Assembly: GCF_009914755.1 (NCBI RefSeq)
Contig: NC_060926.1
Length of the DNA stretch: 64,000 nucleotides
Source of the DNA: the human T2T-CHM13v2.0 reference genome, Homo sapiens
Direction: 5' to 3' (one strand)
Below the pieces are notes generated by a model. It saw only the letters and a program-made list of their open reading frames with translations, had not been told where the DNA came from and searched no databases. Positions 33,675 through 46,203 of the stretch are shown here, piece after piece (the first letter of the stretch is position 1; each line of letters opens with the position of its first letter). The position numbers were made by a program, and so were the translations under genes.

Positions 33675-33738
33675 TGAGCCAGAAGGAGCCTGGTTATTCT
33701 ATGTCTGAGCCAGAATGAGCCTGGTTATTCTATGTCTG
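33675..33738. repeat. 31-bp tandem duplication
   Basis: tgagccagaa(g/t)gagcctggttattctatgtc twice. Confidence 0.93.
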
Positions 33739-34170
33739 CTGAGTTTGTATTCCCCTAGAGCAGACCCTAAGACAGGAATTCAAGTGCAAGGGGTTTGATT
33801 GGGAGATAAACGGAACAGTAGTAGGTGCCAGAGACAAGAAAGGAAGAAAGGGCATGGCAAAATGGGTGCTATGAGCTGATGGGGGTGAGGAGAGGTGGAA
33901 TGAGAGCCAATTCACTGGGAAATGCGAAGGGCCAGTGTACAACACCTCACAATTACACCTCCCCTCCCCCGAGGTGCAGAAGTTCACATTGTTCTTGGGT
34001 AGAGGGATGCAGCCAAGGAGCAAAAATTATCCTGCACTCTGTCCTGCCACATGATGGACAAAGAGACCTCCACTGGAAAGAGAAACTTTTCCAATGAAGA
34101 AAGGTCAGTGCTGCCTTGAGAAGTCCAGTGTGCTGAAGTGCCAGAATGGACACCATTTTCTACCCAGCTC
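33735..34170 (-). mobile_element. ERVL LTR (LTR33/LTR16-like)
   Basis: cccctagagcagaccctaagacaggaattcaagtgcaag...tttgattgggag resembles these LTR termini. Confidence 0.55.
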
Positions 34171-34227
34171 AGAGCAGATCAGGCCTCCAGTGTTTTCTCC
34201 ATAAATACCCATCAAATAATGACCAAT

Positions 34228-34266
34228 GGGATGAATGCAGCCTCAAGGGATGAATGCAGCCTCAAG
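34228..34266. repeat. 19-bp perfect tandem duplication
   Basis: gggatgaatgcagcctcaa twice. Confidence 0.95.
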
Positions 34267-34268
34267 CC

Positions 34269-34444
34269 CAGGGGTTCTTCTCCTGGGTTTTTCACTATAA
34301 TCAGATGAGGAATTTTAAATTGCCTGATATCTAGGCTCCAGTGCAGACCAGTTAAGTCAGATTATCTGCTGTGGGGTCCAAGCATCAGAATTTTTAAAAG
34401 CTCACCAAATGATTCCACTATGCAGCCAGGACTGAAAATTCTTG
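34269..34444. mobile_element. MER5A-like hAT-Charlie MITE
   Basis: caggggttctt...cagaccagttaagtcaga...tttttaaaagctc...gattcc...gcagccaggactgaaa. Confidence 0.75.
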
Positions 34445-34474
34445 TTCAACTAACACATGAATCTTTTCTACAAA

Positions 34475-34800
34475 GTCCTTGACAGATGGCCATGCAAGCC
34501 TCTTTTTGAAACTCTTCATGGGGAGGGACTCTGCTATTCTCAGAAGCAAACCATTCCCGTTTTTTTTTTTTTTTTTTTTTTGATGGCACTAATTGTTCCA
34601 ATTTTTTTTCCTTACTGTGAGCCAAAACCTGCTTCTGTACCTTCCATCAGTCATTCAAGCTCTGCAGTTTGGAAAAATGCAAAATGAGTCTATTCCATTT
34701 TGTACATGACTGCTCTTTAGATATTCAAAGCCTGCAATAATGCCCTAACTTGTCCTTCATTTTTATGCTCTAAACGTTTTCAGTTCCTTCAGCTACTGCT
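34475..34800 (-). mobile_element. L3/CR1 LINE fragment
   Basis: gatggccatgcaagcctctttttgaa...ggggagggactc...gaagcaaaccattcc resembles the CR1/L3 3' region. Confidence 0.5.
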
Positions 34801-34922
34801 CTTCAACCTCCTGTAATCATTTTCATTTGCCAATACCACTTTTCTCCTGTGGAATTCTCAACTGAATCCGTGGTCTGTGTCTGCAGTTGGAAATATACAG
34901 GGCAGCAAATGTTAAATGAATA

Positions 34923-34959
34923 GCGTGTGTGTGTGTGTGCGCGCGTGTGTGGTGTGTGT
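34923..34959. repeat. (GT)n/(GC)n alternating tract, Z-DNA-prone
   Basis: gcgtgtgtgtgtgtgtgtgcgcgcgtgtgt. Confidence 0.85.
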
Positions 34960-35008
34960 AAAGTGTTTAAAGTGTTATGAGTGATCGGCTGACTTAAAGT
35001 AAACCTGC

Positions 35009-35052
35009 TTTACTAGGAAAAAATAGGATTTACTAGGAAAAAAATAAGATTT
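35009..35052. repeat. ~20-bp tandem duplication
   Basis: tttactaggaaaaaata(g/a)ga twice, with one extra A in the second copy. Confidence 0.9.
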
Positions 35053-35805
35053 CACTCTTTCTGTTCCATCTCCCAAAATTTGTTTTCTTAAACAGCATTT
35101 TTCTCTCTTGGCTAATTTGTTTGAACACCTCAGCTCTTGTTTTGCTTTTCAGGGAAATGTAGATATATATTTAACATGCATAACTTGTAGAGGAGAGGGC
35201 GTAGAAAAGGTTTATATTTGAGGTTTTTTCACCCATCCGTTTTTTAGGAGTGCTGAGCCATGGAATTCATGGCCTGAAAAACAAAACAAAATAAAAATCA
35301 ATAAATTTGAAAGAAAGGGAGTACTGCATCTGTGATACTTCAGGGAAAGCAATTCTTACCTTAATGACCAAGTCTATTGCAAATTCTGGGGGCAAGCAGT
35401 TGAGCCTCTTCTGGACAAGTGGGATAGAGCAAGCCTTTGCTCCTCTGGAGATAATGTGCGTGGCCAGCCACCCTCACCTCGTATAAAACAGAAGCCCAGT
35501 TGGCCTTGCAAAGTGCATCTAAAAAAGGGTTCAGGGTGAGGGTAGATTTGTGCCAATTAATGTATCATGTTGCAGAAAACACAGACAAATAGAGTTGACA
35601 GGTAATCTTGATTTCGTAAAAGGGTTAAGGCTTTGAGAAGCTCATGGTCGACTCTGAAAGAATCTTAAAGAGACAGTTTGGAATTCCAGCAAGACCAGTG
35701 TGGAGCAGCAGGAGGGAGAGCAGAGATGACCTAGGGACAAGAGGAAAGACTTGAATCACAGGGCAGTCAATGTTCCTCCAGCTCCACTGCTGATTATCAC
35801 GCTGA

Positions 35806-36271
<466 letters not shown>

Positions 36272-36299
36272 CATTTTGCCTAATTTTTGAGAGTTCACA

Positions 36300-36520
36300 G
36301 AGCTGGTAGTTCGGGATCAAACTTCAGCTCCACCAAGCACCAAGTAGCATGATCTAGTGAAGTCACTGATTACCTCTGTGCCTCAGTTTCCTCTGTAAAA
36401 TAAGGACCATAACATTACCTATCTTGTAGAGTTATTATTAAGACCAAATCACCTGATAGTTATGGAAAGCAGATGGAGCAGAGCCTGATACATAGTTTGT
36501 TGCAAAAAGAGCTAGCTAGT
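36300..36520 (+). mobile_element. MIR SINE
   Basis: cctctgtgcctcagtttcctctgtaaaataagg...cagagcctgatacatag. Confidence 0.75.
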
Positions 36521-37179
36521 AATAAAGGATTCTCCCCTAACTGTGTTCCACTAGTTCTAAAACCTTTGGGGCTCTGTTTATTCAAGTGTAAAATGAAGAA
36601 CGTGGTTAAAGTCTTTGAGGATTCTTAACCTTATTCTTGGTATCGCAGGATTTGCAGCGTGAGTCTGGTCACATGTCTGTCTCCCTCACAGCCACCCTCT
36701 TCCCCTGGGTAGAGAGACCATGAGTTTTTATTTTCCAGTGCCTCGTTGGAAAACAAAGACTCAGCATTTGATAAATGTTTTTGAAGAAATAAATGGAGTA
36801 ATTCATATAAAAATTCAGTAACACCTGTTCTTTTGGCATTGGTGTTTGGCTTCTCTAGTGCTCTATGGAGAAGAAGCTGTGTTAGGCTCTTGGAGACAAG
36901 AAACTGAAAGGCAAACTTTGACTTTTCGGTTTCCTAGTTTTCCCACCTTATGTTTCTTTTTCAGTATTCCATCTTTATGGTTCCTTTACTGAAATTTCCT
37001 CACTTACTTTCTATCTTGTTTTTCTGTAGTTAAAATTTGAATATAATAATTCTTTTTAGAAGAAAGAAGGGGTCCATACAAAAAGAAAGAAAGGAAATTC
37101 CACTTCTATTAAATAGTTTGGAGTAAGTTATGTAACTTCTTTGTGCTTAATCATTCATAATCTAAAGGGCATCTATAGG

Positions 37180-37690
37180 AGGTGCAATTAGTGACCATTC
37201 AAAATTCCTTTCTGTCTTCCTTCCTGCCAAAACCACAATTTTCTTCAAGAATTTCCCTTCTTCCACCCAACTGTGTGCTCATGAGGAGATCCCAACCTAA
37301 CCTTAACACCAAAGTCTAGGACAATCATGGAAGTCTAATATCTCTGCCAAGAACTGCCTCTGACAAGTTTATATGACAAAATTCTAGCAAAGCGAAGGAT
37401 GTTCTTGCCCTAAAAGGAGGTGCTTAAGAATAAACAGCTCATTTTATTCTATTGGACAGCCATAACTCTGTTCATTTTGCAGCTTTGAAATGAAGATGAC
37501 ATGCTGCAAATGGTCAAGTGGAAATATAGAGAGAATGAAGGTTCTTGTTAACATTGGTGGGTCACTGAATTAAACAATCCTGGAGCCACTGAACCTTTCC
37601 TTGTTTCCTGAGATGATGAATTTTCTTTTCTGGTTAAGCCAGTCAATTTGGCCTTTTCTATTACTGACAACCCAAAACCCTCCCTTGGAA
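37180..37690 (+). mobile_element. MLT1J/K-like MaLR LTR
   Basis: Terminal tggttaagccagt...ttttctattactgacaaccc and internal gagaatgaaggttcttgttaacatt are typical of old MLT1. Confidence 0.6.
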
Positions 37691-37751
37691 AACATTATCC
37701 ATAGCCTAGAATGATTGAAGGAGTTGATGAGATAATGTACAATGCCTAGTA

Positions 37752-38083
37752 CAACCATCCCTCTGTATCCATGAAGGATTGGTTCCAGGACCACCCACAG
37801 ATACCAAAATCTGTGGATGCTCAAATTCCTTATATAAAATGGCATAGTATTTTCATATAACCTACGCACATCTTCCCCTTTTCTTTAAATCCTATCTGAG
37901 TGACTTATAGTACCTAATACTTGCGTATGTCACTTCAGTTGCTTAAATTCAACGTAATACTACCATGTGTGGCCAATTCACGTTTTGCCTTCTGGAAATT
38001 TGTGGATTTTTTCCCCAAATATTTTCAATTTGCAATTGGTTGAATCCACGGATATAGAAACCATGAATGTGGAGGGCTGACTC
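37752..38083 (+). mobile_element. MER2/MER2B Tigger-family MITE
   Basis: TA-flanked; tccctctgtatccatg...ggattggttccaggac...ggttgaatccacggat...ggagggctgac. Confidence 0.85.
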
Positions 38084-38757
38084 TATTTACTTTTTGTGCC
38101 AGACAGGTTAGCATGTCCAACAAATGTTGATACATTTATGATAGCTTTCTTTTCTTGCTATGAGAGGATATTTTATTTGTTTCTGGGTTACCTAATAGTT
38201 ATGTTCTTGTCCTCAAAATAGATTGTTGCCTTTCTAGGCATCAGATTGGTGCACTTCCTCTTACCAAGACATCTCACTAGGGTGAACATTTGGCATATCT
38301 TTCCATTAAACCTCAAGAGCGCCTGGCAGGTATGGGACAGGTGTGCTAAAGGTACAAGGCTGGTGGCCAGTGGAGTGCTTCACAATAGACAGAAGGAATA
38401 ATAAGATGCCCTCGACACCCACAGGAATCTTACAGTTCAACTTCTAGTCTGTCTTCTTTGATTAAGAATTTCTTAATGGTCATTTCAAACCCTAGGGAGA
38501 GAGGTTATGTGAGGTGGCTTTGAGAGACATTTATACTTCAGGGGTTTCAACATGCATAGTCCCTTAACAGAACAATTGCCTTTATTGTTGACATTGCATA
38601 TATGACATTGTGTGTCTCTTGGGATATAAAACTCACTTAATGTAAAAACATCTAACATAGTTGTTTTGGTTGTTTCTTTTCATTCAGATTTTTTTAAAAG
38701 GTTTAGGTGATATCTCAGTTTGTGAGTTGAAGCTTTGGAAGTATTCTTGTTCTTAAA

Positions 38758-38979
38758 CCGGAATCTGCAAACTTTTTCTGTAAAGGGCTAGATAGTAAAT
38801 ATTTCTGGCTTTGCAAGCCATATGGTGTCTGTCACAACTGCTCAACTCTGTTGTAATATCAGGAAAGCCATAGACAATATGTAAATGAATGAGAGTGTGG
38901 CTGTGTTCCAATAAAATTTTATTTACAAAAATAGGTGGCAGGCCAGATTTGGCCTGTGGGTCATAGCTTGCCAGTTCTT
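38758..38979 (+). mobile_element. MER58A hAT-Charlie MITE
   Basis: gcaaactttttctgtaaagggctagatagtaaatattt...ggctgtgttccaataaaattttatttac...ggccagatttggcc. Confidence 0.88.
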
Positions 38980-39484
38980 GTTTTTAATCAGTGAAAAGAT
39001 CAATTTGAACACTTTGTCCCAGTTGTCACTAACCAACTGTGTGACCATGTTAAGTTATTTAACCTTACTAGGTCTTAGTTTCCTTAATCTGGAAAACAAA
39101 AGCACTGGACAAAGTGACCCCTAGGTTTGCCTCTACAGCTAATATGTGAAATTCTGTGATTTCAGCATGACTCTTCAAGGGTATAGCTAAAAACTAAGTA
39201 AAGATGAATAAGAACCTTGTGGTCTTGTTTTGAATACACTCAATTCTGAAGTCACTATGGAGTATCAACAAACAGCATGTCCAGCTGTATTAAAAAATCA
39301 AAAATTCTATGAAATTCATAAGAAAAATTGTTCATCCAAGTTTTAAAGGACTCGAGGGATAAATGCATTTGAAGAAGGAGAATAACTAGGAGTACTACTA
39401 CTTATTAAGAGTCTTCCAAAGACTAAGCAATATTCCTGTTTTTTACAGATATTGTTTATCCTTACACATAGCCTATGACATAGT

Positions 39485-39797
39485 GTATTGTCTGTGTACA
39501 CCAGAGGAACAGACTCTCTCTTATTATACATGCAGGAGAGAAATTATAAGAAATCAATTCACATGATTATGGAAGTCCCAGTATCTGCAGTCACTAAGCT
39601 GGAGACTCAGGAGAGCAGATGGTATAATTCTAGTCTGAGTCTAAAGGTATGAGAACCAGGAACAATGATAGTTAAAGTTTCAGTCAGATGTCAAGTCTGA
39701 AGGTAGGAGAAGACCAAGGTCAGGCAAAGAAAGAGAATATTATTTCACTCTTTTATAAGAGTCTGTTCTATTTAGGCCTTCAGTGGATTGAATAAGA
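39485..39797 (-). mobile_element. MLT2-like ERVL LTR, partial
   Basis: cacatgattatgg...atctgcagtc...aagctggagactcaggagagc...ttctatttaggccttcagtggattg. Confidence 0.7.
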
Positions 39798-41509
39798 CAT
39801 TCTTGGGCTAATAGAGAATAAGACTAATATTCCCATCATGGAAATAAAGAAATACAAATCTACAGTGGTGGAAAGAAATGGGATAACATTAAGGTGATCA
39901 GATCAACAGTCGGAGTCCCTCCTTCTCCCCAACAATAAGCTCTTTAGTGGTAGAGGCAGAAATTTTAATCCTCTTCTCTCCAGTGTTTTCTGTCTTTGCC
40001 TTTTTTTTTTTAAAGTTAAGAGCAATAGACCATGGCCCATAAGCAATAAACTATACAAACTGAGCCTGTAGGTATACAGAATAGTGGCATAATTAAATAA
40101 AACTTACAACAGAGTTAATGTGACACACACCTAATGATATACATAATGCAGTTTTGAAGCACGGTAATTAGGTATAAAATGGTAAGCTGTTGACATAAAT
40201 GGCTGCAATTAGTATTGCTTCTGCACAAGCAAACCCTGTGTTAAATTTTACATTTGTCACTTGGTTGGTTCTTTGGGATTTATAAATAATCATCATTGTT
40301 GACAGATTTTGTAACTGAAGAGTGCAAAACTATGGAAATTCATGGCCAAAGAGCCATATTTATTTATTTCATTTTATTTGTTTCCTTATATTGTTTGTTT
40401 GTACTATATCCTGCCAGTTTCACAAAGGCTTTGGGGTCATCTGCATAAACCATCTATAATGCAATTAAAAAATGCATATACAATGATAAACAAAACAGCA
40501 AGATCAGAGGAAATATCAACGAGAAAAGGAAGTATAGATAATAAAGGAGGCTAACAGTTAACTTTGCTTCTTGTAGCAATGGCTAGATGTTGATAACATC
40601 TGTGAACTGAGTGCCTAATACATCAATTTATTTCTTATTATTTTAACAACCCCGAAAAGTAGATGTTTCATTTATATTTTATAGATAGGGTGAGATAGAT
40701 GAAAGTATGTTGACTATGTTCATTCAGCCAGCAAATGAGTGGAGCTGAGACGAAAACTTGGTCTTCATGACTCCAATGTCATAGTGCACTCTACTGGATA
40801 TAAGGAGACTTGGAGTGAGGTGAGGTGAGGGAGATGATGGGGTTTGGATTTGGAGAAAATAAACTTTGGCTTCCTAGCACCTAGGAAACAGAGAGAAGAG
40901 AAGTTGGTAGCCTTGCATGGCCCATGCAAACCCAAGCACTAACAGGAACCACATGACAGCTCCTAGAGGCTATTAGCAGTCAGCAAGCACCCAGCATTTA
41001 TTTAATGATTTATTGATAGGAGGAGATGTTTCAAAATGTATTAAGTATGTGTTTGTCAATACACTGATATACTACTTACTCATTTGAGTGTGGACCCACT
41101 CCTTGCTGTAAAGAGTCATCTGTATTTTAAAGAAAATGATTTTGAAAGATGATAATCTCTGTGCTCATTGCAAATGCAGATGAAAAAAAAGAAAAGGACA
41201 AAAACAAATGATCTCTGCCCTAGATTAAGAGAGGCTAATGGTTTAATGTTCTACCACAGACCCTGAAAATTAAAATATGAGCATCATTAAACAGATCTTG
41301 ATGATTAAAATTTAGAAAGCTTTTCAGAATTCATCTGTGAATTCAATAGAAGATTATGGATGATTGGAAAATATTTTATAGGTTCAATGATATTTGAGAC
41401 ATATTTAATCATATCAAGACTTCAAGAGTTGAGAAAACAAAGCAAACACAGGAAAATAATAAAAGGAAAAAAGGGTAGCAGATGCACACCATATGTGTGG
41501 ACATGATTG

Positions 41510-41710
41510 TGGCAAAGCTCATTCAACTTGAATCCTGTGCCACTCACTACCTGAAAGCCTTGGGCAAGCTATTTACTCATCTCTTATGCATATTTCTCTC
41601 TGTAAAAATGCCACAAGGTAAAGAATAAATAATGTAGTGCGCTTTAAGTTCATGCTGCCAAGCCTGGCACATAATAAGTACTCAATAAATGTTGGGTTTT
41701 TTTTGTTAGT
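41510..41710 (+). mobile_element. MIR SINE
   Basis: ttgaatcctgtgccactcactacc...ccttgggcaag...gcctggcacataataagtactcaataaatgtt. Confidence 0.75.
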
Positions 41711-43607
41711 AATTATTGAATGAAGTATAGGACACTGGAGTTAGACCATTATTGCATATTTAATTTATGACAGAGATTGTATTGATTATTTATAGGTATT
41801 ACTTCATTTAAACTTGGTAAAAAAATTATGAGGCAGATCTTATTATCTTTACAGACAGTAAATCAAGACAAAAAGAGGTTCAGTTACTCATGTGATGCCA
41901 CACCAAGTAAAGGTGGCAGAGCTGGACTTTACACCCACACAAAGTCCAATGTAGCTGGCTTGCCACCTGGTTAGTTTTTTCTCAAGTCATCCACAGTATG
42001 CAGATAAAACCCTTATCATTGATTTGGGAAAGATGACTTGGGGGTTAAAATAAAGGAAACATGATTCTTTCTCTTTATTTCTGTCCTACCCCCACATGTA
42101 GTGTGAAATGAAGAGTGAAAAGTAGAAATCAAGATAAGGGTAAGATTAAAATTTTTTAAACTAAGATTTTATCTAAAATTAAGAGAAAAACACTAATTTT
42201 TGTCTTTTTGAAAAGTAAGCTTGGAATTATTTAGTTTCTATATGCCTATGTGAATCAATAACTATAATAATCATAATAATGGCAAGCACATCATAGAATG
42301 TATTTCAAGGCATGTTTTTTATGCATGCCACCATGATTTCTGCTCCTCTCTGCACCTCCTCATATCCCTAAACATCATTAACCAAGTAGAAATTCCAAAG
42401 ACAGACAGAGTCCTTTGAAAGAAATTTTCTCTAAAGTAAAAGTCATCCCTTGAAGTTGACAAAAAAGGGGACCTCAAGTTTCTAGTGACAGTGTACTTCC
42501 AAAATATTATGTAACTGGTACATTCTTGAACCCTTTCTCCTACGACCATTAAAGACTTAGAATCATGGAGTCTTAAATTTGGGAACCAACTACAGGGCAT
42601 ATTTAATCTCATCCATCCTTTCATTTCGCAATGGTGGAAACTGAAGCCTAGAAATGAGATCATGAGGAACTGGAAGTATCAGATCAAAGCAAATATATCC
42701 CACCCATCAGTGTTTGATATTTGGGCCACACCACACTGACCCTCCACCCCACCAACATTGCAATGAGGAAGGTGACATGCTGCCTCCAGCCCTGGAGAAT
42801 AGGGCTATAGAAATACCTAATTCGTTTATATCAAATTGTCATCATAGGAGACCCTTAGAAGGAAAGCCTGTATCTACCTACTGACAGAGAGTTTTCATTT
42901 ACTGCAAATGTCAAGATGGGATTAGCATGCTTTGAGGAGTCAGGCATGGGGGTGTGAATCTGATCTACATGAAGATGCTTCAGGACAGAAATGCTAGCTC
43001 TCAGGGCTCCTCATTTTACATGAAATTGAACAACAAAAAATGCTAACTACCTTCCTCCCCTAAAGGTCAATACAAGCAACACTGGCTTTGCTTGAAGTTT
43101 CCATTTTGAAAGCAATGTGGTTTCCTCCCTTAAATCTGCACTACAAAAAAGTTACTACCTTTTGTGACAGCCCTTAAGATTATATGCCTCCCCCATTCTC
43201 ACCTTAATAACTCTCCTCTTTCATTTCATTTCTTTCAAGTTAAGGAAAGGAGAAATAAAATAACATTTACTCTTCTTCCATGAAGAACAAATCTTCTCTT
43301 TCTTTTAACTTCAATTATTGCTTCTGCATGCCTCTAAGAAAAAAAAAAAGAATTAAAACCTCTCTTAACAACATTCACAACTTGATCATTTTCATTCTTT
43401 GTTCCAAGGTCTATGACTCTGTTCTTCACTTCACTTACTTAGCTGGAGTCTATCCAAAACATTCCTTTTCTTACATCTGTGTTTATCCCTAGTATTTGTT
43501 CTTAGTGGATTTCAAAACATGACTGTTCTCCTTGTGTTTCTGGCTCTGAAAACACTAAAATGCATGCCAAATGTTAGAGAATGTACATGCACTTTTGAAG
43601 TCTTTCA

Positions 43608-44330
43608 GCCATTCATTCAAAGAGGTGTGTTCAGTGCAGACTTAGACACTGTTCTAAGCAACGCTGCCATGAACACGCAATACTCCTGCCTTCATGGAAC
43701 TTACAGTAAGGGATGCAGGCAGTAAGAATAATAAATCTGAATAATTTACAGCAAGTACATGGAGCGGTGCAGTGACTGGCTATCTCCTCAAGGCATGTGC
43801 CATTGATTAAGACACAACCCCCAAAACTCCCCATTGCTTTCACACCCAGCCTGCTCATTCATAGATAGATTATAATATAATTTCAGATAGCTGTAAGTGA
43901 CAAAGAGAGAAATAAACCCAGCTAAGTGCAGAGACTCTGTTTTATATGTATATATACTTTTCTTTCCTCCTGAAATAATATCTCTTTGAGGAAGTGACAT
44001 TTGAACAGACACCTAAATAAGGTGAAAAAGTAAGGTTTTGGAGAAGAAAATTCTAAGTGGAGGGGAAGTCCATGACACTAAAACACCTTTGATTTATTGG
44101 ACAATCTGCTAGAACACTAAAGTGATTGGAAATACGGAAGAGAAAGGCAGAAAGGGAGAAGAGAGAGGCCAAGGACAGATTACACAGGGCCACGTGAATC
44201 ACATAAGGAAATGTGGATTTCATTCTAAGCATAATCATAAGACACTGGAGGCTTTTGGGTAGGGGTTTAAATGAGGCCGTTTCAATATTCACCTCACCTA
44301 GGTAACTCTGTAGAGGGTAGATCTCAGCTG
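43608..44330 (-). mobile_element. L2 LINE 3' region interrupted by a 130-bp insert
   Basis: cattcattcaa...cctgccttcatggaacttacag...tttgaggaagtgacatttgaacagacacctaaa...gaggcttttgggtagggg. Confidence 0.75.
43733..43862 (+). repeat. 130-bp dispersed direct repeat, copy 1 (likely derived)
   Basis: Ungapped 119/130 match to 45324-45453. Confidence 0.95.
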
Positions 44331-45323
44331 GGGAAGGAAAAATCAGGTTTTGTCTTAAGCTACTGGATGGGTGGCTGGCAGGACTGGGTAGCATGTTTGT
44401 GCAGGGAAATGGGGAACCTGCAGACTTTATGACACATTGTGGTGGAGCAGGTAGAACACAAGCCCTGGAGCCAGCCAGAGAAGGGCTTGATCCTCAGGTT
44501 GTAATCTATCTGGGCTGACTTAATGTCTGTGTACATGTGGATAAAGAGCTTGATCTCAACTGTGAAGTGTGGACACTGTTGCCTACCCTGCAGTGGTGTT
44601 AGGAGTTATCAGGTGATGATATAAACAGAGTTTCTAACAGGGCAGCTAATGTGTTCATAGTCAAAGCCACAGTCTTTTGAGTCAGACCAGGATTTGAATC
44701 CCAGCTTAATTAGTCATTTTGCTTGGTAGAGGAGTTTGTGCAGTAGGTAAATCTCAGAGGTCCTTTCTCCTCTTCTGCAGAATTTGTAGAATGATATCCA
44801 TTTCACACGATTGTTTTGAGAATTAAAACCATGTGTGGAAGCACCTAAGACACAATGGATGCAATTTAGTAGCTGCCGCAAGGTTTTGAACTGGTTCCCT
44901 TAACCTCTCTTTGCCACGGTTTCTCCTTCTGTGAAATGGAAACGTCTGATATGTTTGTGAAGATCAAATAAGAAAACATATGTGTAGTGTTTACCAGAAT
45001 GCCTGGCACGCACTTTATGTTAAAAACAATGTAGGGTGATGTCATGAACATCACCAGCAGGACCTTTCTCTCACCTCCCCTGCTCCAAGCACATGAAACA
45101 CATTTCACATCAAAGACCAAGTTTCTGAATGGCTTGAGGTGCTCAGGCTGAAGAATGCCTGCAATCCTCTATCTCTGCTTTTAAGTCACCAAACATGGAG
45201 GGGTAGCATATTCTAGGGTAAAAGACATTAGACAGAATCTGGAGGGATCTGTCCCTGCCTCTACGATTAAAAATCAGAAATTTTCCACATAAAACCCCCA
45301 GATTGCTGACTTGGCTTTGGTAG

Positions 45324-45453
45324 AAATCTGAATGTTTTACAACAAGTACATGGAGCGGCGCAGTGACCGGCTCTCTCCACAAGGCATGTGCCATTCATTT
45401 AGACACAACCCCCAAAACTCCTCATTGCTTTCACACCCAGCCCGCTCATTCAT
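45324..45453 (+). repeat. 130-bp dispersed direct repeat, copy 2 (likely source)
   Basis: Ungapped 119/130 match to 43733-43862; keeps CpGs lost in copy 1. Confidence 0.95.
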
Positions 45454-46186
45454 CCTTGTTGCTTAATGAGTATGCAGAGGATTGTGAGTGTGAAATCGTG
45501 GCTGACTCTAAGACAGAATATCATCTAGACCTGGAGACTCTCCAGACTTCCAGATCCCAGAATTCATGTTTTCTGGTAGAAACATGAATACTAATAATGC
45601 AGACAAAATTCTTGAAACAGCCAAGTGTTGGGTCTGTGATTTGCCTGCTCTGCTTCATTAGCCATCGTTCCTATGGCTTCACATCTGGGAGTCTGTAAAC
45701 AGGCCATGGGCTGAATGACACGGACTGTTGTTTTGTTTAAAACGAATGGCTGTAATCCTGATTAAAGCATCATGTGGGAGATTTTATAATAATAATTATC
45801 TGTAGTTCCCATTAGAGCCAGCAGGAATCTGAATCACATTTAATAATCTAAAGCTTGGAAGTAGTGACACTTAAGTACATTGAGATTTAAGTATAGGGAT
45901 TCCAAGAATGAGGAAGTGGGTATTGCTGCTCTCTAGCCTTGATTAGGTCTCTAACTGTCAGATCAGCTTAGACTAGTTGATACTAAAACCTTCTCTGGTA
46001 GATCATTCAGCTACTTATTGTCAATTTTCTGTTATACCTTGTTCTCTTATTGACTTCCACTTTTACTTATTCTTAATGGTGGTGGCAGCTCTATTATTGT
46101 GCCAATAATTCAAGCTAATTAACAGAAACCACCAAAAGAAAGATCTCTACTATTTCCAGTTCCTTAGGTTTCCTTCCATGCAGTGA

Positions 46187-46203
46187 TGGCCACCAGAGGG
46201 AAC
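46187..46203 (+). promoter_or_regulatory. Candidate CTCF motif
   Basis: TGGCCACCAGAGGGAAC vs consensus TGGCCACCAGRGGGCRC. Confidence 0.4.
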
